Shown piece after piece: positions 1 through 13,450 of a DNA stretch of 64,000 nt. The DNA lies in NCBI RefSeq assembly GCF_009914755.1, contig NC_060926.1; one strand, written 5' to 3'. The notes beneath the pieces were generated by a model that saw nothing but the letters and a program-made list of their open reading frames with translations, did not search any database and was not told the origin of the DNA. The position numbers and the translations under genes are program-made. Positions within the stretch are counted from its first letter, which is position 1, and each line of letters begins with the position of its first letter. This DNA comes from the human T2T-CHM13v2.0 reference genome, Homo sapiens.

Positions 1-438
1 TAGTAAGCAGAAATGAGGGTAAATCATTTCTGAAATTTTAAGTATAAACTAATGAAAAATTGCTTTGCTATAGAAATTGCATTTTCATCTAATTGAATAT
101 ATTCATTTTATTAAGTGGGTTACTACTGTGTATTCTTTAATTTCATTATCTTCAAGATTAATTTATAGAGTCTATATGAAAATACTACGTGGAATAGGAG
201 TTATATTTTATAAGGAGTTGCTGTGTTTTAAGGAGTTATGTTAAAATCACATTATCTGGTGAGTATCAGTTAACCACAAGGGTACTGGCCAGTCAGTTAT
301 GTTTCAAAATACCTGTTACTTAGTTTGAGAAAAAGTGACTTTGGGCACATATTCCTGCTTCTTATTTTGTAAAAGGGAATGCTGTGGTTTGTAATACTAG
401 GCTATTGTCTAGTTTGATTCAAAGCACCCTACTCCATT

Positions 439-797
439 CAGCCTGGGCAAGATAGTGAGACCCCATCTCTACAAAAAATTTAAAAATTAAGGGCGGGAGG
501 AGGGAGAGGATCAAAAAACTATGTATTGGGTACTATGCTTATTTCTTGGGGGACAAAATAATCTGTGCACCAAACTCCTGTGACATGCAGTTTACCTATC
601 TGACAAACCTGCACATGTACCCCTGAACCTAAAATAAAAGTTAAAAAGTAATAACTAAATAAATAACAAATAAGCTAGACATGGTGGCACGAGCCTGTAG
701 TCCCAGAAGGAAGAGGTGGGAAGACCCCTTGGGCCAAGAGGTCAAGACTGCAGTGAGCCATGATTGTGTGACTGCACTCCAGCCTTTCATAAAAAAA
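439..797 (+). mobile_element. 5'-truncated old Alu (AluJ-like) split by an L1 insertion in its A-rich linker
   Basis: End of left arm CAGCCTGGGCAAGATAGTGAGACCCCATCTCTACAAAAAA (439-490); right arm GCTAGACATGGTGGCAC...CTGCACTCCAGCCT (674-785). Confidence 0.8.
491..673 (+). mobile_element. L1 3' end fragment (L1PA16/L1PB4-like)
   Basis: Typical 3'UTR terminus ACAAACCTGCACATGTACCCCTGAACCTAAAATAAAAGTTAAAAA plus A-rich tail. Confidence 0.85.
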
Positions 798-1229
798 TCC
801 CTGCAAAAGTACCCTACTGGTAGATAATATCTTCTTTAAAATTATAAATAATGTCATGTTCATTAAATCTGAGTGTGTATACTATATGGACAGAATAGAT
901 TATCCAGCCTTTTGATTCTTTAATTCTATCTCTCTGTGATCTAATTAAATAAAACTAAGTTACTTTGATGTATATATGGGTATTTATATCATTAATTCAT
1001 AATAAGGCAAAATAAATAATTGCTGTAAGTGACAATGATAGCTTTTTAAAAAATATAGCCAACATTATTTCTGTTATATTTATTCAAACTCCCAATTTTG
1101 ATAACAAACACAATTTAATCTTTATCATATATGTGTATCCATTAATTTATTTTTGGCCCCATCCTTAACAGTTAAACATATTATGGCAGTAGTTTTTGTT
1201 TTTGCGTGCGTTTTTCTCCTAGGTCTGGA

Positions 1230-1610
1230 ATAACTATTCTTGGCCCTGTGGGTGCACATTAAAATCATGTAGGACCAGGCCCTAAATTTTAAATCAAAAT
1301 CTTTGAGGGTGGAGGCCCTGGTATTTTTTAAAGCCCCTCACGTGATGGCTTTACAAAATAAGCCACAAAAGCACTGGTAGATGTTATCTACCAGTGATAT
1401 GCTTTTGTGGAGTTTTGTTTGTTTGTTTGTTTTTGAGTCAAGATCTAGCTCTGTCACCCAGGCTGGAGTGCAGCAGATCGATCATGGGTCACTATAGCCT
1501 CAACCTCCGGGCTTAAGTGATCCTCTAACCTCAGCCTCCTGGGACTAAAGGCTGATGCCACCATGCCCAGCTTATTTATTGAAGTCCAGCCAGTATCGAG
1601 AATTACTGTG
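1230..1610 (+). mobile_element. MER5-like hAT MITE, interrupted at ~1347-1580
   Basis: GTGCACATTAAAATCA...AAGCCCCTCACGTGAT, resuming as CAGCCAGTATCGAGAATTACTG; resembles the MER5 copy at 59015-59193. Confidence 0.55.
1411..1580 (-). mobile_element. Alu right-arm monomer (probable inverted copy of 661-797)
   Basis: CTGTCACCCAGGCTGGAGTGCAG...CCACCATGCCCAGC with (GTTT)n tail. Confidence 0.85.
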
Positions 1611-3349
1611 CTAGGGCTATGATCCCCTGTGTTAACATTTTCTTACCTTGCTCTTGAAGGATCGTTAAACACCAGTTCAGCGGGAGTTGGAGGGCTGACG
1701 ACACTACAGAATCTGGACTCTATGACTTGTTTTGGGAGTAACAGGAGGGTGTGATGAGGAATTTCTGTGAAGGTGACTTCTGGATCCTCAGCTTCAATTA
1801 CTGAAACTATGGAGAGACATGAAAGCACCCCACCCTGGCTCAGGTCAGGAAAGAATTAGGAAAGGGGACTTCTGACTGGTTAGGTGAAATTGAGGAAGGG
1901 TTAGAAGTTCAGGAAAGTAATACTTAAAAGTAGCAGATTGTATAGACACTCTTGTTCTGAAGTACCTTGAAATGGATTTGGAGAAGAACCACCATCAGGC
2001 CATCATGGATGATCTTTCTCAGGAGAAAGATGAGAACCAGTTTACAACAGGCCATCTAGTTTAACAGCTTTCACTCTTGTACCTGTACACACGTTACACA
2101 CTTATGCATACTCATGTACATCATACACACAAACACTCGTTATTCTAAAGCAAGTAAGATGATGCAGAGATTGATTACTGGGGCAAAAGAAGGTTCTGCC
2201 TTGGTCTTCACTGCCTTTCTTCTGCTTTCCACCCATCTTTCCTCTCTCCAAAAACGTAAAAATCCTTTAATACCTACTTGCTTGTACTTGAAATTTTTTA
2301 AGGGGAACAAACTTTCTTCTTAAACAAATAAGAAAGTCTTAACATGGAAATATACACAGAAATCTTCTCAGAGCATTGTATGGTCTTTTAACAAGTTAAA
2401 GCCATCTTTATCCTTTCCTATATTTTAATCTGAGAGAGAGTGATAAGGAGAGAAAAGCTCTGGCCACCTAAAGGGGACTGTCTTCTACTTCGTTGTTTAC
2501 TATTTACTTTTAATTGTGAAGAAAACCTAAAAATATATGTGCAAAAGTACTTATAACCTACCAAACCTCTGCTGAGCACTTTAGTTGCAGATACCTCATT
2601 AGCATATAATACTCTTGCTTTCAAGAGATGTGGAATTTCTCTTTTATAAGAATCTATGTGGATATAAATAGTGGTGATCAAGGCACTCTTACACTAAGAG
2701 TTCAGTGATGATACATCTCTGTCCTTTCTTGGCAATTTTTGCTACCACTTATTTTTAGTGCCTATATAACATTTTAAAGTTGCATCCTCCTTTTTATGAC
2801 TGATGAGAAGCATATGCCTCTATGAGGAAGAAAAGGTATTTATGACTTACAGAAAAAAATTTCTCACAGCTATGAGTAAGCTATAGGGAACTGAAAACAA
2901 GAGGCCAAAGAACCTTTTTTTTTTTAATGGCCTTGGTTACATAAAGATATTTAGACCAGCTTTCAAAAATAACAACAGTTTTTAAAATTTACCATATCGA
3001 GCCTCAGTACGTTACTCTAAAACACAGCTTTATAATTCCTCTATAATCTACATTAAATGAAGAGTAAAATAAAACTACAAATTTAGGAAGATGAGGAGGA
3101 CCAAAAAAACTACAAATAAGGTAAATAAGAAAAATTGCAAACCTCAAATCTCTTACAAAGAAAATTATGATATTAATAGTTTCCTTACTCACATTTGGTA
3201 ATTGTATAAAGACTGCAGAGTTACTACCTGTACATCTGAAAAAGGAGAAAAAGGACCTAACCAGTGTTGCTGAAAGAAATTTTACAAATAAAGGGATCGA
3301 TCTGGTAGCTAGTCAGGTTTATTTTTACCTGGGATTTAGGGCTTCCTGA

Positions 3350-3510
3350 GGCAATGTAGCCTTTACCCTTTTTTAGGTCTTAGCTCCCTTTGAAAATCTG
3401 ATGAAATCATTAGATTTGGGGGGTAGGATGTCTTGTATAAAAAATTTTGTATGGGCTTGTTTATGTATTTCAGGGAGTTTGTGAGTGCTCTGAAAACGAA
3501 TGAACTCCTA
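3350..3510. mobile_element. old hAT-Charlie-like MITE
   Basis: CCCTTTGAAAATCTGATGAAA...AAAATTTTGTAT...TTTCAGGGAG resembles short Charlie elements. Confidence 0.4.
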
Positions 3511-4042
<532 letters not shown>

Positions 4043-5589
4043 TCTAGAGCTTTATGGATTACACCAGTTCTGCCTTTGGCCTAGAAGCAGGTTTTCTTAT
4101 TCCCTGTTCAGTGATACTTGACTCACCATATGTTGCCTACCAATTTCTTACCCATCTACAAAATCAGGATTGTAAAGAAAGATATTTGTGCTGGGTTGAT
4201 AATTTTAGTTGAAGGAAATAAGTCATTAGAAATACATATTTTAGATCCTGGGTCTGTCAGTACCTATGATTTGCAAAATAAGTAAATTTAACTTATTTCC
4301 AGTCTTTTGTAAAACATATTTATTTGCTCTAAAAATGTATCTGCAGTTATTTAAGTGTTTAATACATCAGACTGGGATTTTCAATTATAGCTACTTGAAA
4401 ATACTGCTAACTCAGAATAATTGAGGTCGGATCCAGTGTAAATTTTGGGGAAGCATGACTTACAGAATTAAATTAAAAATATATGCAGTTTAACTTCAGA
4501 TGTACGTAGTGATATGAACTGTCTCCAAGAAGAGTCATCTTTATATCTGAATAAAGCTTATTTGTAATGCATATATTAAGTGGTGTTATGTAAATCAATG
4601 CTTTTAAGATAATTTAAAAACTGCTTGAAAATAATATGCAAAATTTGACCAAACATTTCCTTGCAAATCTTGTTATAGTCTTAATTTATTTTTGCTGGTT
4701 TACTTCACAGATAAATTTAGAATTGAACTTTAGTCTAGTAGGGACATGCCATTATCTCATTTCCAATTATTGGATCTGGATTAATGAGTGGGTATGCCCA
4801 TGGGGCTGAACTATTTAGTATTAAGCAGAAACATTTTTATACCATGACACTGAGAACCAGGTTACAAGTCTAGTATTCCTGTGACTTTTTTAAACACAGA
4901 AGAAAAAGTTTCCTAGACAAGGATTATGCGATGTATTTTAGTCAACTTTCTCATCAAATGTGTTGTTGGGAGTCACGGGAGACCAGGTAAAATAATGTAG
5001 ATGACTCAGTGAAGGATACTTGTTGCTAAGAGGAAATAAATAAATATAAGATGATGAGTGGGTAAGTCAGAAATACCTTTTCTGTGTGGGAAAAATATAT
5101 GCTATTGTTATTACTATTCATTTGTATAATAAAAGTGCCTGTTAATGTTTATCTGTGTCTTTCTTAAAAGCAAATTAAAATTAGTTCAGTAAATATTATG
5201 TAAAATCTGTTATTCCTAAAGTCCTTATTTCTGAGAAACTACATGAAAATACCTTATAAAAATTTTTCATGTCTCCTATGGTCATCCAAATTTATGTAAA
5301 GATAATAGTTTTGGTAATTACTCTACAAAGATTAAAATTTAGTTGGTGATTTCCCTGCTGCCTCTTATTTTCCTCAGTAAAAATTTATGTTTTACTATAA
5401 GATGATACTGATTTTTATGGTATATTGTTTGGTAACTGTTGAATTCAATTTCTTGGTTCCCTTTGACTTTGTCCTCATGTATTCCTCAGTGGCGCACACG
5501 TGCACACATGCACACAAATACATCATTATGTCTCTGTAATAAGAGGTGTATTATATTTTCCTATTTGACAAAATGGAGTATAATGGTTA

Positions 5590-5810
5590 TAATAGCAGCT
5601 TACTTTTGATAAGCGTACTAACTGGTACATAGTAAATACATACTGTGCATGCATTATGTCATTTATATCCACACAGTCACCTTCAAATTCAGTACAATTT
5701 GTATTCCCGTTTTACAGATGAGAAAGCATATTTTGGTGAACTCAACCAAGGTTACATGACTAGTAAATTTTAAATGAGATTTAATTTCAGTACTTACTAA
5801 CCATTATGCA
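5590..5810 (-). mobile_element. MIR
   Basis: Core CCCGTTTTACAGATGAGAAA...CAAGGTTACATGACTAGTAA. Confidence 0.7.
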
Positions 5811-5939
5811 TTGCTAAATTTGAACATTACTTTAAAATATAACTTCTAAAGTGTTCATATTAGAAACCTATAAATATACATAGATTTGTCTCCTCTCTTA
5901 CGAAGAACACATGAAGGAAAGAAAGATATTAATTTGGTG

Positions 5940-6115
5940 GCTTATCATATGCCAGACATAGATATAGATGCTTGTATGTATGGCATTTAATCCTTATCTG
6001 TGAGGTAGGTCTTTTTATGCCTTTCTATAGATTTAAATTAAAGGTTCAGTTTAGTAACTTGCTCGAGGTTATACAGAATGTGGCAGAACTAATATCTGAC
6101 CCCATAGTGCTTATA
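5940..6115 (-). mobile_element. MIR
   Basis: CATTTAATCCT...GTAACTTGCTCGAGGTTATACAG...GTGGCAGAAC. Confidence 0.6.
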
Positions 6116-6412
6116 ACTGGTAAATAAACAACTTGGATTAGGTCACTTTCTCAAGTGTACTGGAGACTAATTGCTCCAAGATAAAAGGCAGATAGACTGT
6201 TACCTACTAGTAAATGTAAAGAGGAAATGTCATTTCTCTTCTTTCTCCATTGTCTTTATGCTATTAAGTATGTTAGAATTTGTATATAGCAATCTAGAAA
6301 TTTTGAAAACTTCCCCTCTTAATCCTAGAATGGATAATAAAATTGTTTCCTAATTTATGTACACAATCATGGTTCACACTAGTCAAACAGTTCACCAAGG
6401 GCTTGTTGTTAG

Positions 6413-6739
<327 letters not shown>

Positions 6740-6929
6740 TTAATGAAGGCTTTTTATACACTAGTGATGTTATGAAAGAAATAAAATACAAGGTTTTCGA
6801 AGTTTTGTGATTGGTTGAGAAATCTACTTAAACACATCAAAATAATTCAGCATATGATTAAGTTGTAGACTGAGTGGTTAGCAGTATAAGTCCCTGAGGT
6901 CTTTCAAACTGAGTATTTATGTAATTACT

Positions 6930-7660
6930 CATTAACATCTCCCACAAACCTCTTTTGCTTGTATTTACTTTCTTGGATGGTGCTGTCCCTGTCTACCCCA
7001 ATTCCCCAAGTTAGAAATATCATAGTCCTCTTCCACCCCTTCTTTACCTCCATAGTCAGCCTATCACCAAATCGTATAGAATTGTTTTCCTTCCTAATTC
7101 CTAAGTCCGCTCAGTTCTATCTTTGTGTTATGCACATTGCTGCTAGTTTAGTTCATTCCTTGACTAGAGAATGGTAGTAAGTAATCTCCTTAGCTAATTA
7201 ATCTGCCTCTGACTTTTCTGTACTCTGGGCCATATTCTGTCTTTTGCTGAGTTGTTACCAAACATAAACCTGGTTATGTCACTACCCTAATTAAAAACCT
7301 TGTGGATTGTTCCTTTTTATTGGTTTATATAAAATCCTATTTTCAATCTGAAGTATAAGCCCTTCATCTTTATATCTTATGTCAACTTAGACCTCCAGCT
7401 TCATCTCCCATTACTTTTCCCCTTATGATGTCTTTCATCGCAGCTAACCAACCCACTTCCTCTTCAAGATTATGTTGTGCTCCTTCAGGTCTCCTTGGCT
7501 TTATTCACATGCTGTCTTTTGTACAGTGCCTCTTGCCTTATCCACTGTCTCCCCCAACATAGTTTTACTGCAAATCCCAAATCAGGTGTCACTTCTTATC
7601 AAATCATCCTGGCCATCCTCAATTTTCCCCTTCTTAGTTAATGATGCACTCATTTAACTT
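6930..7660 (+). mobile_element. L2 3' region
   Basis: ATCACCAAATC, TATGTCACTACCCTAATTAAAAACCT, CCTCCAGCTTCATCTCCCA and GTGTCACTTC match L2 3' consensus blocks. Confidence 0.65.
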
Positions 7661-7989
7661 TTATGATCATATAAGATGGTTGTTTTTTTACTTCTAGTGT
7701 CAGTCACCAAGATTATCAAGTTCTTGCTTTGTTTTCTTTTGCATCTTCAAATCTAGCTCAAGCCATAACTAAGACCATGACCTTTACTAAGGGTCATACA
7801 AACCTGAATTGAAGTAAGGGCTCTGCAACCAAAAGAAATGGAGTACATTTTGCGTGGAGACAGAGGAAGTTTTAAAAAGGATCATGGGCAATGGCAATTC
7901 TAGATGTTTTTTACATCCTGCTTGGCCAGAATTAAGCAGATAATACCTGAATATACGAGAAGGCCAAATTGGGAGATGTAGAAATTGTT

Positions 7990-8345
7990 AACCAATATTT
8001 TTACCAAGTGCCTTGATAAATGTTTGTGTTTGTGCCACACAGGCACTAGGGGTACAAAGATGAATAAGAAAGGAACTCTGCCTTTGAAGAAATTTAGAGT
8101 GACTAGGGGAGAAAGACATGTAAATAAATGTATAAGGTCATCTAGAGTATTCATTTAATGAAGTAATTGTAAAGAACAGCAAGCAACCACTTAGGATGAG
8201 AATACCTCCTTTGGCAGAATGGCCCTAAGTCCAAAGTGATACCTTAGCTAAATTTTAAGTTATGAGTTGGAATTCTACAATTGCATAAGATGGTAAGGGC
8301 TTCCTAGACTAAGAGAACAGCATGTGCAAAGACACGAGTTACAAA
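7990..8345 (-). mobile_element. L2 3' end
   Basis: GGCACTAGGGGTACAAAGATGAATAAGA...GAACAGCATGTGCAAAGAC. Confidence 0.65.
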
Positions 8346-8579
8346 AGCAGCAAAACTAGAGAAACCATTGTTTGTGAGATCTCATACATAGAGTTGTTTA
8401 TTTTAGAAAGCCTCACAAAGAAGCCTCTAGTAAGATACTGTAGATAATTCCCAACTTAAATATGCTGTCTTGAAACAATCCTCTTATATCAATTTATTCA
8501 TTGTTCTTTCCCTTTGAAGTCTAAGGTGGATAGGGGCATAAACTTTGGTGATGATTAATTTAAGTTCAGATCCTGAAAC

Positions 8580-8735
8580 ATTCTGTCTCTGTAAAGCATC
8601 ATTTTACCTGTTCAAAAAAAGGTTACTAACTACCTCCTTCTCATGGTTTTTGGAAGATTCAGAGGGATAATGCATACAAAGTTGTTGACACAATGCCTGG
8701 TCCGTCTCAGTAGGACTCGAGAAATGTTAACATAT
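8580..8735 (+). mobile_element. MIR
   Basis: GATAATGCATACAAAG...ACACAATGCCTGG...AAATGTTA 3' MIR motif. Confidence 0.55.
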
Positions 8736-8769
8736 ATTAAGGCTCCTGATAGGCCTTTTTTGGTTTCCC

Positions 8770-9150
8770 ACCCATTTATTTAAGAAATTGTTTTTTAAAT
8801 GCTTACTACTTATTAGGTGCTGGAATTATGAAGATGAGTAAACACAACATCTGCCTTTGAAGAATTTATAGTTTAGTGAGGATATGCACATACCTATGTT
8901 GAAAATCAACAATAATAATACAACCTGGCAAATGCTTTAGTGGAGAGTTTTGTGAGAAAATAAGAACTGAGAAAAGAAGCCGCCAAATCTATTTTTGGAC
9001 ATTAGCAAAGTCTTCTTCAGGGAGCACTGACCTGAAGAATGAAGAGCAGTTTGCTGTTTTGGAGTTGGAGAGTAGAGAAGAGTAAGGCTTTCCAGGAATG
9101 AGGAAGAACATATTCAAAAGGAGGGTCAAGGTAACATGACTTGTTCAGTA
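8770..9150 (-). mobile_element. L2 3' end
   Basis: TAGGTGCTGG...AAGATGAGTAA...CTGCCTTTGAAGAATTTATAGTTTAGTG...GACCTGAAGAATGA. Confidence 0.6.
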
Positions 9151-12061
9151 AAAGACAAATGATAAGAAAACCACTAAAAGAGAAAAGAATGGAGTAGAAA
9201 ACAGAGGACTGAATGTACTCAGGGGAAACTCTGTGGTTGAAAAGTCCCCCAGAAGGCCTAAAGTTACTACTTTGCTCCCTTGAGAAAAGAAGTGAATAAA
9301 TTTCCTAGGGTGGGTATGAGATAAGCCTCTCTGTGAAAAATTGCCCTGTCTCATCCTGGGATGTTGGAATAGTCTAGTCCACTCTTCTTACATGAATTCT
9401 TGTGTACTCCCAGAAAGTACTGCAGTGCTCAAAGGGTGAGGCAGGAGGAGCAAAGAAATAGAATTTCATTAGTGATGTTAGTGTCTGAGAAGTGGTGCCA
9501 GCAAGAGTCATATTGACCACATTGTGGGAAATGGTAAAAAAGAAGCATTTTCCTGTGGTTGCTGGGAGTTTCTGGTAACATGTGATGGATTGACTGGACT
9601 GTAGCTTGACTAGACAGTGGCATCAACCTGTGTATTCACTGGTTCTCAGCTGCCCAGTGATTGTACCCAGAAACTGGACATCACCTTAGCTCTTTAGAAG
9701 CTAGAAATCTTGTGGCAAGTGGATTTCGTGCACCATCCATTCTTCACTTTGCTTTGAACCAAGGGAGGAATTTGGATAGCACTAGAAATTTATGGAAATC
9801 TGTCAGTGGGAGCTAGCCATAGAATAATTGTTATGCTGTGGTTTTGCACTCCAGCTGTATTTCTAGCTAGTTAGGACTATGGCAATATCTTTTGAACAAG
9901 AAAGCAAACAGGAAAAATAACTGAAATTTGTTGAGTAATTACTGTTTACCTAGTACTGTAGTACTTGCTTTCTGTGGGGGAGAAGGGTGGCTTTCATTTT
10001 TTATTGAGGTAAAATCCACATAGCATGAAATTTACAATTTAAATCATTTTAGAGCATGCAATTCCTTGGTTTTCAGCATATTCACATTTTTGTGGAGCCA
10101 TCACCAAATCTAATTCCAGAATATTTCTATCTCCCTGAAAAGAAACCCTATACCTGTTAGCAGTAACTTCCAAGTACCTCCCTCCTTCCCATATCGTCTG
10201 GCAACTTCTAGTCTACTTTCTAACTATATAGATTTGCTTATTCTGGACATTTCATATAAATGAATTTATATAATATGTGGCCTTTTGTGTCTGGCTTCTT
10301 TCACTTGAATAAGGTTTCATTCATATGCTAATGTGCATCAGTACTTCAATCTCCTTTATGGCTAAGTAATTTTTCATATGAGGATGTACCACATTTTGTT
10401 TATCCATTCATCAGTATTTGGTGATGGACATCTGGGTTGCTTTCACTTTTTGGTTATGGATAATGCTGCTGTAAACATTTGTGTACAAGTTTTTGTGTTA
10501 ACATATATTTTAACACATTCCTAGGAATGTAATTGCTGGGTCTCATGGTGACTCTATGTTTAACATCCAAGGAACTACCAAACTGTTTTTCAAAGTAGCT
10601 GCACCATTTTCATTAGCATACGAGGGTTCCAGTTTCTCAGCTTCCTTACCAACACTTGTTGTGTCTTTTTTGTTACAGCCATCAAGTGAGGTTGAAATTT
10701 TATCTCATTTGGTTTTGATTTGCCTTTACTGATGGCTAACGATGTTCCAAATGTTTTCATGTGCTTATTAGCCATTTGCATACCTTCTTTAGAGAAATGT
10801 TTATTCAAATCCTTTTCCATTTTAGAGAAATGATTATTCAAATCCTTTTCCACTTTTTCGTGTTTGCCTTTTCATTATCTTTTTATTATTGAATTGTAAG
10901 AGTTCTTTATACATTTTGGATACTAGACCCTTATCATATATGATTGCAATATTTTCTCCCATTCTGTGTGCTGTCTTTTCACTCTCTATAATGTCATTTG
11001 ATCCACAAAAATTTTGTCTCAATAATTTTTTTCTTTTGTTACTTTAACTTTTGGTGTTAATTTAATAGATTATTGCCTATTCCAAGGTTATGAAAATTTA
11101 CATTATATCTTGAAGAGACTATATCCCCCCATTGAATTGCCCTAGCACTCCTGTCAAAAATCTGTTAATCAAAGACATGTGGGTGTATTTCAGGCTTTCA
11201 GTAATATCCTGTTGGTCTGTACGTCTCTCCTTATATCAATACTACACTGTTTTGATTACTGTAGCTTTGTGTAGTAAGTTTTGAAATCAAGAAGTGTGTT
11301 TCCTTACTATAGTTTTTTTGTTTCTTGATTTTTCTAAGATTGTTTTAGCTATTCAGGGTTCCTTATATTTTCATATGAATTTTAAAATCAGCTTGTCCCT
11401 TTCTGAAAATGAAAAATAGACTGTTGAAATTTTAGTAGGAGATTGTATTGAGTCTGTGGATCAGTTTGGGAATTATTGCCATCTTAACAGTAGTAACTCT
11501 TCCAGTCCATGAACAGTATGTCTTTTCATTTCTGTACATTTCCTTTAATTTTTTAAACAGTGTTTTGTAGTTTTCAGTGGACAAGTCTTACACTTCTTGG
11601 CTAAATTTATTCTTAAGTATTTTATTCCATTTAATGCTATTGTAAACAGAATTGTTTTTTTAATTTCATTTTTGGTTTGTTCATTGCTAGTTTTTAGAAA
11701 TACAACTGCTTTTTGCATATTAATTTTGTATTCTGCATTTTTGCAGACCTTATTAGCTCTAAAATATTTTAGTGGATTCTTCCGGGTTTTTTTATACATA
11801 AGATTATGTCATCTGCAAATAGAAATAGTTTTACTTCTAATCTGGATGTCTTTTCATTTCTGTTTTTCTTTTTTTTTTTTCGCCCAGTTTCCCTGGCTGG
11901 AATGCTTAGTACAATATTGAATAGAAGAGGTGTGAGCAGACATCCTTTTCTTGTTCCTGATTACTTAGGGGAAAGCTTTTACTGTCTTACCATTATGTTA
12001 GTTTTGAGGTTTTCACAGATGTTCTGTCAGGCTGAGGAAATTTCCTTCTGTTCTGTTTGTT

Positions 12062-12063
<2 letters not shown>

Positions 12064-12107
<44 letters not shown>
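12064..12107. repeat. (GT)22 microsatellite
   Basis: Direct reading. Confidence 0.98.
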
Positions 12108-12108
<1 letters not shown>

Positions 12109-12665
12109 GTCATGAAAGGATGTTATATTTTGTCATATGCTTTTTCTGCATTTGTTGAGATGATCATATGGTTTAATATAATCACAATTATGATATAATA
12201 ATTCTTCTAGATTAAATTTTATAGTATTTTGTTGAGTATTCTTGAATTTATATTTATAAGAGCTATTGATCTATAGTTTTCTTGGGATTTCTTTGGCTTT
12301 TGTGTCAAGATATGCTGGTCTTACAGTATGAGTTAAGGAGTATTCTTTCCTCTTCTGTTTTTTTAAAGAGCTTGATAAGGACTGACATTAATTTTTCTTG
12401 AATGGTAGAATTCGCCAGTGAAGCCATCTAGTCCTGGGCTTTTTATTTCTATAAGGTCAGTAGTGACATTCTTGTTATCATTCCTAATTTTACCCTTCTC
12501 TCTTTTTTTTCTTGGGTAGTCTAGCTAAAGGTTTGTAAATTTTGTTGATTATTTTAAAGAACAAACTTTTGCTTTTGTGGGTTTATTTTTCTCTTTTGTT
12601 CTAGCCTCAGTTTTGTTATCTCTGTTGTAATGTTTATTTTCTTATGGTATAAGACTGTTATTGAG

Positions 12666-12969
12666 TTTTTTTTTTTTTTTTTTTTTTGAGATGGAGTCTC
12701 ACTCTTGTAGCCCAGGCTGGAGTGCAATGGTGCAATCTTGGCTCACTGCAACCTCTGCCTCCCAGGTTCAAGCAATTCCCCTGCCTCAGCCTCCTGAGTT
12801 GCTGGGATTACAGGCATGTGACACCACACCCAGCTAATTGTGTATTTTCAGTAGAGATGGGGTTTCTCTGTGTTGGTCAGGCTGGTCTCGAACTCTCGAT
12901 CTCAGGTGATCCACCTGCCTTGGCCTCCCAAAGTGCTGGTGTTACAGGCCTGAGACACCATGCCCAGCA
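12666..12969 (-). mobile_element. AluSp/Sq
   Basis: CTCTTGT..CCCAGGCTGGAGTGCAATGG and GGTTTCTC..TGTTGGTCAGG diagnostics; poly-T tail. Confidence 0.93.
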
Positions 12970-13333
12970 GAGATCTTTTTTATTGTGGGCATTTACAGCT
13001 ATAAATTTCCCTCTTAGCACTGCTTTTTCTGCATACTATAAGTTTTCATATGTTATGTTTTCGTCTTAATTTATCTCAAAGTATATCTAACTTTCCTTCT
13101 GATTTGTTCTTTGACCTATTGATTATTTAGGAGTATGTTGTTGAATTTCCACATATTCATGAATTTTCCAAATTTCCTTCTATTAAATTCTCATTTCATT
13201 CCATACAGTCTGATAAACCCACTTTGTTTGGTTTCAAACTTTAAAAAATATATCGGTGTTTGTTTTCTATGCCATAAACATGTGACTTATCCTGGAAAAT
13301 GCTGTGTATTTACTTTAGAAGAATGTGTATTCT

Positions 13334-13450
13334 GTCACTTGAGTCCAGGAGGCAGAAGTTGCAATGAGCCAATATCACATTACTGCACTCCAACCTGGGC
13401 GACAGACCCAAGAGTTCGTCTCAAAAAAAAAAAAAAAAAAAAGAGAGAGA
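13334..13450 (+). mobile_element. 5'-truncated Alu (end of right arm)
   Basis: Poly-A tail; TSD AATGTGTATTCT at 13322-13333 and 13452-13463. Confidence 0.9.

Noticed and set aside
196-237. Three AGGAGTT motifs spaced 17-18 bp
   Set aside because: Too short and degenerate; most likely a decayed tandem repeat
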